Below the pieces are notes generated by a model. That model was given only the letters and a program-made list of their open reading frames with translations. It made no database searches and was not told the DNA's origin. Below are positions 7,901 to 13,396 of a DNA stretch of 64,000 nucleotides, piece by piece (positions within the stretch are counted from its first letter, which is position 1; each line of letters starts with the position of its first letter). Both the position numbers and the translations under genes were made by a program. Source of the stretch: an uncultured archaeon (GTDB taxonomy: Archaea; Altiarchaeota; Altiarchaeia; IMC4; QMZM01); the NCBI GenBank assembly GCA_964549685.1, contig CAZJVE010000002.1:79520-143519 (forward strand). The letters run 5' to 3'.

Positions 7901-10230
7901 GTATTGTCCCCGGCGCTCAGGCTTGCTGATGCAGAGGAGGTACACGACAGGATAGAGGTCGTGGTCGAGGTTGTCGTGGATGTGGTGGTTGTACTTGAGG
8001 TAGAGCTTGAGGAGGGGCAGTCCGCCTCGCAGTTGCCCGTGGTCTCGGCATTTGTAGCAGAGGAATCGCAGGTGCCGTCGCCGCAGTATTTCAGCTCATA
8101 GGTGAAGTCGAACAGCTCACCGCCGCCGTCTTCATATACATGGGCCGCAATGCTTATATCGCAGCCGGAAGAGCAGTACTCTTTACTGGTTATGTCGTTC
8201 CATGCATCGCTGTCCGCGCTGCCCGTGCACGTGGTGGCACAGCCCCCCACGTAATTCGTTCCGCTGCAGTTCCCGCCTTCGTAGAGATCCGGGCTGGAGG
8301 ATTCGTCGTTGTTGGAATCAATCCAGAGCTTATAGCCGTCGTCGGATGCGACCCTGTAGCTCAGATTGGCCAACCGCCCCGGGACATTAATGGTCTTCCT
8401 GTAGAATTTATCGCAGTGGTCGCAGTTCTCGTCCCACTCGTCTTTCAGGTCCACGTCGCTCCAGCAGGAGTCGTCATAGTTGAGCTCGTACCAGTAGTCA
8501 TAGCCGCCGTCCCTCATGACCTCGTTATCGGAATACTCGTCGCACTGGTCGTTGTCCGCGTCGTATCTCACCGCCTTCCAGCCGCACCTCGGGTCTGTGG
8601 GATTCGTCAAGCACCAGGACTTCGAGTTCGTGACGGTGCCTACGCACTCCCCGTTGCAGCTAGCCCACCTCGTGGAATCGTTAACCGCGCAGTCGCTTCC
8701 GTCTATGGTGCCATCATCATCACAGTCGGAATCCTCGGGGCACGGGTCGTTCATGTTGGAGAGGCCGTCGCTGTCCAGGTCCGTGGAGTACGAGGTGTCG
8801 GTGTTTATCATCTCGTGGTTAGAGGCGACGGCATAGTACTCAAAGCCGTTCTCCAGTGTGTAGGGGTAGGGGACCCCCACCCTGAGCCAGTATATTCCGT
8901 TCTCGCTGACCTGGTAATGGACGTGCTCCACGTTGTTCTTGGTGCTTCTCGAGGAGCTTATGAGGTTGTAATCGCCGTCGTAGAGGTAAAGATTAAAGTT
9001 GGTCAGGGATGCCGGGGTTCCTTTATAGCTCGAGACGTTGCGCCTCCAGACAAGCGTTGCCGTGATATTGGCGGGGGCGTCAGTCACGTAGACCTTATGG
9101 TACCTGTCGGTTGTGTCAGAGGCCAGTCTGGCATGCAGCTTGTAGCCTGACGGCTCCGTTGTCGCCCTGCTACTGTAGGTTGCGAGCGCCTCCACCGCGT
9201 CCACGAGCCCCGCCCCCTGCCACTGGTCCAGGGGGTCGGTGGTTGTATGCGACCAGCCACTCAGCTTCGTTGCAGAGTTCATGATTGCGGCCTTCATAAG
9301 GACCGGGTCGTTCGTCTGGCTATTCGTCTCAGCCCAGCTGAAGAGAAGCGCTGCCACGCCCGAGACGTGGGGGGTGGCCTGGCTGGTGCCTGTCCTGGGC
9401 GCGATGCTGTCTTCGGTTTCCCAGTCATTGTTGGACGACCATATCTCCTTCCCCGGCGCCACAACATCGACCGTCGTTCTGCCGTCGTCCGTCTTGCCGT
9501 GGCCGCTCTCGTTGTCCGGAGAACAGCTATCAGCATCACTACAACTTAGCACTGAGCCCACGGTAATGGCGTTGTAGTTGTCCCCCGGCGCCTCGATGTG
9601 CGAGTCCGGATTGTGCGTCTGGTCCCAGTTGCCTGCAGCGGTGACGAAGATGGTATCTCTCCCATACGATATATAGTCCACGAGTTGCGTCAGGTTAGAG
9701 CTGCCTGTCGTGCTCAGTTCGTCATAGTAGCGGCCCTGGCTCAGGCTGATTATCTCTGCGCTATTCGGGTAGTCTATGGCCCAGTTAATCCCGGCATAGA
9801 GGTAATCCCAGAGCCCAAATGCGGTTGAGGCCTGGACGTCTATTATCCCGGCGTAGGGTGCCACTCCCTTGTAGCTGCTGTCCTGGCTGACGATAATCCC
9901 TGCGACGTGGGTCCCGTGCCCCTCAATGTCCCCCTCGTGCCCGTCGGGGTCCGTGTTATTGTAGAAACTCCCCCAGTTGAGGACGGCGTTGATGTCGGGG
10001 TGGCTCCTGTCAATTCCTGTGTCGACGACCGCCACCGTGGTAACTAGTCCTCCGGACGTATTATCCTGGATTTCATCTGCTCTGATTAGGGATACTGACT
10101 CAATCAGACTTGTCTTGATTCCGCCTTCATCAGACACGTCGCCGGCATCTTCAACACCGACAACACCGCAGCTAAGAACCAATATACTGACTGCAAGAAT
10201 GAATAAAACACCCTGTTTCATTTTATTCAA
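4915..10230 (-). CDS. giant secreted multidomain S8 subtilisin-like serine protease (1771 aa)
   Basis: Signal peptide MNKMKQGVLFILAVSILVLSC and S8 triad motifs VAVVDTGID, HGTHVAG, GTSQATPHVSG. Downstream order: P/PPC-like domain, TSP3-like Asp-rich Ca repeats, PA14-like, CUB-like, beta-helix (PbH1), cohesin-like, second CUB-like, dockerin-like module, then a canonical dockerin. Domains are separated by Thr/Ser linkers. Confidence 0.9.
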   Translation of the reverse strand: MNKMKQGVLFILAVSILVLSCGVVGVEDAGDVSDEGGIKTSLIESVSLIRADEIQDNTSGGLVTTVAVVDTGIDRSHPDINAVLNWGSFYNNTDPDGHEGDIEGHGTHVAGIIVSQDSSYKGVAPYAGIIDVQASTAFGLWDYLYAGINWAIDYPNSAEIISLSQGRYYDELSTTGSSNLTQLVDYISYGRDTIFVTAAGNWDQTHNPDSHIEAPGDNYNAITVGSVLSCSDADSCSPDNESGHGKTDDGRTTVDVVAPGKEIWSSNNDWETEDSIAPRTGTSQATPHVSGVAALLFSWAETNSQTNDPVLMKAAIMNSATKLSGWSHTTTDPLDQWQGAGLVDAVEALATYSSRATTEPSGYKLHARLASDTTDRYHKVYVTDAPANITATLVWRRNVSSYKGTPASLTNFNLYLYDGDYNLISSSRSTKNNVEHVHYQVSENGIYWLRVGVPYPYTLENGFEYYAVASNHEMINTDTSYSTDLDSDGLSNMNDPCPEDSDCDDDGTIDGSDCAVNDSTRWASCNGECVGTVTNSKSWCLTNPTDPRCGWKAVRYDADNDQCDEYSDNEVMRDGGYDYWYELNYDDSCWSDVDLKDEWDENCDHCDKFYRKTINVPGRLANLSYRVASDDGYKLWIDSNNDESSSPDLYEGGNCSGTNYVGGCATTCTGSADSDAWNDITSKEYCSSGCDISIAAHVYEDGGGELFDFTYELKYCGDGTCDSSATNAETTGNCEADCPSSSSTSSTTTTSTTTSTTTSILSCTSSASASLSAGDNTIDFQTPHTYPNNMDCSSNTYTCPSSYYGKVYVKHDIEYHSTCNYDKFYIINADTGTSTYWCGDSQGYVWREHPNTRSIQFRFTSDGSQTDWGIDVETINCYSTTSTSSTSTTSTITQTTSSSTSSTSTTTSTTSSTSTTSTVVTQCQCGSACLGSNGCTDNILADSCAGAASCNGEDDIEGITLTNVGSSCGVNAGDTVNVEVLVECYDSNDRVEIWYYNGTGWRVLLIDSQCDYPGTTGTYSTSFTVDDASSTQYVRAIIGWKWGGGSSCYTGTYGDDDDLAFSVVTSGTTTTSSSSTTSTSTSTSTSTSTSTSTSTSLTSTTTTVSTGNTCTSCADCTTKLDGTYSTVNLGADITDQDGSCITFGESGIIFDCQNYKIDGDGDTSGTGIYMHLRASNKIRNCIITDFDKGISFSSSSSNTIANNTISNNTNGIRFHDSMFNDVDSNRICGNTESDFKFSGTTSGNSGDENTCDNPSTWSDSGTAGCTYDCSVVTTSTSTTTSTSTSMSTTTSITNQTTTTSTSSTSTTSTILLDVSIDPSSVAAVAGDTFSVEINSSQLSDAYSVEIHLGFDPDVLNATSLTIGDFLTADSSTAYTDVGPTINNTQGTVQYLRVRSTDGISSSGTGIASAKFEAIGAGVSNITLDTVDIRTYNSGNPQLQTVRSSNAAVTVTGTTTTSTSTSSSTSTSSTSTSSTSTSINGTTTTSTTSTSTSTTTVLTTSTIASGCSMDSGGSFGLGQHSIAFETPHPYSNYLDCASYEYQCSSGSSMRAYMKAITESGYDYLYIKTGEGSSLDTIDGTWSGGDYNWTEYYETDDMKFVFDSDGSITVWGVNVSKIECAEEGATTTTTTSTSTTISGDCTLVGDSAPCGDVSLSEVIDLITLWSNDQANLADVIDLINAWSSGASSTTTSTTLTTTSIATGCVLCPDLNGDAEVDYADYLSMQISLDLCAGDPGYTSSHDLNQDGCIDDYDSDTCFSPYMGMDTADIPLCT
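4918..5127 (-). other. canonical two-loop dockerin-like domain
   Basis: Two EF-hand-type loops, DLNGDAEVDYAD and DLNQDGCIDDYD, about 30 aa apart at the extreme C-terminus. Confidence 0.55.
5182..5319 (-). other. dockerin-like module, copy 2 of 6 (internal position)
   Basis: DCTLVGDSAPCGDVSLSEVIDLITLWSNDQANLADVIDLINAWSSG. Confidence 0.6.
5377..5715 (-). other. CUB-like domain 2
   Basis: CSMDSGGSFGLGQHSIAFETPHPYSNYLDC...YDYLYIKTGEG...MKFVFDSDGSITVWGVNVSKIEC. Confidence 0.45.
5875..6300 (-). other. cohesin-like domain
   Basis: LLDVSIDPSSVAAVAGDTFSVEINSSQLSDAYSVEIHLGFDPDVLNATSLTIGDFL...GTGIASAKFEAIGAGVSNITL. This parallels the type-I cohesin pattern (V..v.a.pGDTv.v.v.....a..f.l.yDp.vL....i..G.l ... 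G.fa.i.f.a...G...i). Confidence 0.6.
6424..6912 (-). other. right-handed beta-helix (PbH1/NosD-like) module
   Basis: CTSCADCTTKLDG...CITF...FDCQNYKIDGDGD...IRNCIITDFDKGI...NTIANNTISNNTNGIRF. By eye it is closely similar to module 2 of the neighbouring protease (10515..10997). Confidence 0.7.
7600..7947 (-). other. CUB-like domain 1
   Basis: C-x20-FQTPHTYPNNMDC ... TCNYDKFYII ... YWCGD ... IQFRFTSDGSQTDWGIDVE. Four-Cys spacing and the YP..Y..C / C.yD / CG / F.sD.s...G pattern match CUB. Confidence 0.5.
8083..8418 (-). other. PA14-like domain
   Basis: SYRVASDDGYKLWIDSN ... ISIAAHVYEDGGGELFDFTYEL resembles the PA14 hallmarks (sDDG..L.idg ... Y.e.gG.a.l.l). Confidence 0.45.
9196..10053 (-). other. 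S8 peptidase catalytic domain of the 1771-aa protease
   Basis: Asp (VVDTG), His (HGTHVAG), Asn (AAGNW) and Ser (GTSQATPHVSG) motifs in canonical order. Confidence 0.85.
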
Positions 10231-10277
10231 TTAAGGATTGGTTCCAGCACTATAAATCCTTATTGATTCGCTGCTGT

Positions 10278-13200
10278 CTAGCCCGAGGACCAGGCACTTA
10301 TCAGGTCTATCACGTCCGCAAGGCTTGCGCCGTCCGCTGCCCACAGGCTTATCAGGTCGATTACTTCTGCCAGACCCACTTCGCCGCAGGGCGGGTCGTC
10401 TCCTACTAGGTCACAGCCCCCGGATATTGTGGTGCTGGTCGATGTCGTGCTTGTCGTCGTTCCTGCTATTGTCGTAGAGGTACTCGTGCTGGTTGATGTC
10501 GTAGTAGTCGCGCTGCACGCATAGGTGCATCCGGTCGTCCCGTCGTCGCTCCAGTCTCCCGGAATATCGCATGTGTTCTCATCGCCTGAGTTCCCTGAGT
10601 TGCTGCCCGAGAACGAGAAATCAGCCTCGGTGTTGGAACAGACGGTGTTGGAATTCACCGTGTTGTACATGGCGCTCGAGAAACGGATTCCCTCAACGTT
10701 ATTTGATACGGTATTGTTAACAAGGGTGCTGAAAGACGTGGAGCTGAGCAATATCCCCTTGTCAAACCCGGTAATGACGCAGTTTCTTATGGTACTGTCC
10801 GATTTCAAATGCAAATAGATTCCCGTTCCATAATCGTCTCCGTCCCCGTCGATTGTATGGCCCTGGCAGTCGAACTCTATATTGCCGTCGCTGAATGTGA
10901 TGCAGTTCCCGTCCTTGTTCGATATGCTCGCAGTCAGCTGAACCGTGGAGTAGGTCCCGTCCAGCTTCGCGTTGCAGCCGGAGCATGAGCTGCAAGTATT
11001 CCCTGCTGACAATGTGGTGGTGGTCGATGTCGACGTAGTCGAGGTGGTCAATGTGCTGCTGGTTGACGTCGTTGTGCTGGTTGTTGTTGCGCCGGCGCAG
11101 GTATAGCTGCATCCCGTAACTCCTGTGTCGTTCCATCCAGCTACCGTGTCGCAGCTATTCTCGTCGCCGGAATTATCCGTGCCGTTGGCGAAGTAAAAAT
11201 CCTCCTGCGTGTTGGAGCAGAAGCGGTTCGAACTTATGGTGTTGTTATCGGAGTTATAGATGCGGATTCCGTTTATGCCATTGGACTGTGCGGTGTTTGC
11301 CGTAATTGTATTATTGTCGGCTGATGTCCCAACGAACATTCCCTGCCAGGTGTTCGAGTTCATGGTGTTGTTGGTTATCGTGTTGTAGCTGCCGCCGACA
11401 TAAATCCCCCGGTATGTGTTGGAGTTTGCGGTGTTGTTGGCGATGGTATGGTAGTCGGACAGGAGAGACAGGTATATTCCGCCGTCGTTGTTTGATGCGT
11501 TGTTGTCCGTAATCGTGGCGCCGTCTGAATAGTATACATAAATCCCATTCCCGCTGTTTGAGGTTAGGGTGTTGTTCAAAATGGTGTTGTTGTTCGAGCC
11601 ATAGAGGTAGATGCCGTCTGAGAAACCAGTAATTATGCAGTTCCTCACGGTGTTGTTGTCTTTATAGAGCATGAATATTCCGTCATTTATGCCCGAACTG
11701 TCAATTGTATAGCCCTGGCAGTCGAACTCGACGTTGTCGGAATTGAAGGTGATGCATCTGCTGGGGTAATCTGTTATGTTCGTGGTCAGCTTAACCACAG
11801 TGTAGTTCCCGTCGAGCTTGTTGCTGCAATCCTCGCATGAGCTACAGGTCGTTTCCAACTGCCATGCGCTTGAGTTCAACGGATAATAATCTGCAGTATT
11901 ATTCACTCCGTCCCCATCACAATCAGTGCAGTAGGTCAGGTCATAGTCCAGCATCGGCTTGTTGCTGGCGAGAGCATAGTATTCGAAGCCGTTCTCCAAG
12001 GCACCGCCATAGACATCGACGTTGAGCCAGTATATCCCGTTCTCAGTGGCCTCATAGTAAACGTGCTCCACATTGTCCTTGTTGCTCGCGGACCAGTTGA
12101 GCATCTCGTTCATGTCTCCGTCATAAAGATAGAGGTCGAAGTCCGTCAAATCTGCAGGAGTAAGATTGTAGTTGGTAACATTCCTCCTCCAGACAATGGT
12201 TGCCGTGATGTTCGTCGGGGCATCGTCCACATAGACTCGGGTATACCTGTCCGAGGCATTGTAGACAAGCCTTGAGTGCAGCAGGTAGCCCGTGGGGTCT
12301 GTCGACGGCCTGCTTATATAAGTCCTGTATGCATCAACGGCATTCAGAAGCCCGGCCCCCTGCGTCCTGTCCAGGGGCTCAAGGTGTGTATGGCTCCATC
12401 CCGACAGCTTCGTCGCAGAGTTCATGATTGCGGCCTTCATAAGGACCGGGTCATTCGTTTTCGAATTCAAATCTCCCCAGTGGAAGAGCATTGCAGCAAC
12501 CCCCGACACATGGGGCGTTGCCTGGCTCGTTCCGCTCTTCGTGGTATAATCGTCTATCTCCTCAGGCCAATCGCTCCAGTTATAGTTGCAGGACCATATG
12601 TCGTCCCCGGGCGCCAGGACGTCTATCTTCGTCCTGCCGTCATCCGTTACATTCCTTCCGCTGTCACTGTCCAGGGCCAGGCCCTTTGTCACCGAACCCA
12701 CCGTGATTCCGTTATAGTTGTCCCCCGGAGCCTCGATGTGCGAATCTGGATTGTTCGTCGAGTCCCTGTTGCCTGCGCAGACTATGAACGGAGTATTCCT
12801 CTGATATGCGATGTAATCCACGAATTTTGTAAGCTCAAAATTGCCTGTCGTGCTGACCTCGACATAGGACCGTGCCTGGCTCATGCTTATTATGTTCGCG
12901 CCGTTGTCTATGGCCCAGTTCACTCCCGCATAGAGGTATTTCACTGCGTCATCCAGCTCCGTTATCGAGGCCTTCACGTTTATTATGTCTGCATTCGGAG
13001 CCACCCCTGGGTAAAGGTCGTCCTGGCTCGCGATAATGCACGCGACATGCGTTCCGTGTCCCTGAATATCCTCGGTGCTCCCGTCGGGGTCCGCATCGGT
13101 ATAGAAGTTCCCTCCATTAACAAGATTATTATCGATAGCGGGGTGCGTGCTGTTGACTCCCGTATCTACGACAGCGACCGTAGCCAGAGAAGCCCCCGAT

Positions 13201-13367
13201 ACGTTGCTCGTAATCTCATCGGCCCTGATAAGCCCCACGGAATTATCCAGGGCGGTCTTGATTCCTCCCCTGGACGCATCGTTGGAGTTCTCGGCACTGA
13301 AAGCACCGTAGCTCAGGACTATCAAACAAACCAGAACAAATAAGTTCCTGTTTTTCATCTTAATCAA
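10278..13367 (-). CDS. secreted S8 subtilisin-like protease with two beta-helix modules and a dockerin-like C-terminus (1029 aa)
   Basis: Signal peptide MIKMKNRNLFVLVCLIVLSYGAFS and triad motifs VAVVDTGVN, HGTHVAC, GTSQATPHVSG. The N-terminal ~470 aa are clearly paralogous to the 1771-aa protease. Two PbH1 modules (11097..11846 and 10515..10997). Confidence 0.9.
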   Translation of the reverse strand: MIKMKNRNLFVLVCLIVLSYGAFSAENSNDASRGGIKTALDNSVGLIRADEITSNVSGASLATVAVVDTGVNSTHPAIDNNLVNGGNFYTDADPDGSTEDIQGHGTHVACIIASQDDLYPGVAPNADIINVKASITELDDAVKYLYAGVNWAIDNGANIISMSQARSYVEVSTTGNFELTKFVDYIAYQRNTPFIVCAGNRDSTNNPDSHIEAPGDNYNGITVGSVTKGLALDSDSGRNVTDDGRTKIDVLAPGDDIWSCNYNWSDWPEEIDDYTTKSGTSQATPHVSGVAAMLFHWGDLNSKTNDPVLMKAAIMNSATKLSGWSHTHLEPLDRTQGAGLLNAVDAYRTYISRPSTDPTGYLLHSRLVYNASDRYTRVYVDDAPTNITATIVWRRNVTNYNLTPADLTDFDLYLYDGDMNEMLNWSASNKDNVEHVYYEATENGIYWLNVDVYGGALENGFEYYALASNKPMLDYDLTYCTDCDGDGVNNTADYYPLNSSAWQLETTCSSCEDCSNKLDGNYTVVKLTTNITDYPSRCITFNSDNVEFDCQGYTIDSSGINDGIFMLYKDNNTVRNCIITGFSDGIYLYGSNNNTILNNTLTSNSGNGIYVYYSDGATITDNNASNNDGGIYLSLLSDYHTIANNTANSNTYRGIYVGGSYNTITNNTMNSNTWQGMFVGTSADNNTITANTAQSNGINGIRIYNSDNNTISSNRFCSNTQEDFYFANGTDNSGDENSCDTVAGWNDTGVTGCSYTCAGATTTSTTTSTSSTLTTSTTSTSTTTTLSAGNTCSSCSGCNAKLDGTYSTVQLTASISNKDGNCITFSDGNIEFDCQGHTIDGDGDDYGTGIYLHLKSDSTIRNCVITGFDKGILLSSTSFSTLVNNTVSNNVEGIRFSSAMYNTVNSNTVCSNTEADFSFSGSNSGNSGDENTCDIPGDWSDDGTTGCTYACSATTTTSTSTSTSTTIAGTTTSTTSTSTTISGGCDLVGDDPPCGEVGLAEVIDLISLWAADGASLADVIDLISAWSSG
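10281..10415 (-). other. dockerin-like module, copy 3 of 6
   Basis: GCDLVGDDPPCGEVGLAEVIDLISLWAADGASLADVIDLISAWSSG. Confidence 0.6.
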
Positions 13368-13396
13368 TTAAGAATTAATCACGGGGCTATAAATTC

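Noticed and set aside
8140-9150. 336-aa plus-strand ORF
   Set aside because: It lies entirely antisense to the S8 catalytic and P-domain region of the 1771-aa protease. It has a Val/Ala/Arg-rich composition with no recognisable motifs, which is typical of a shadow ORF of a GC-balanced gene.
12276-13343. 355-aa plus-strand ORF
   Set aside because: It is antisense to the S8 domain of the 1029-aa protease, whose triad motifs are unambiguous on the minus strand.
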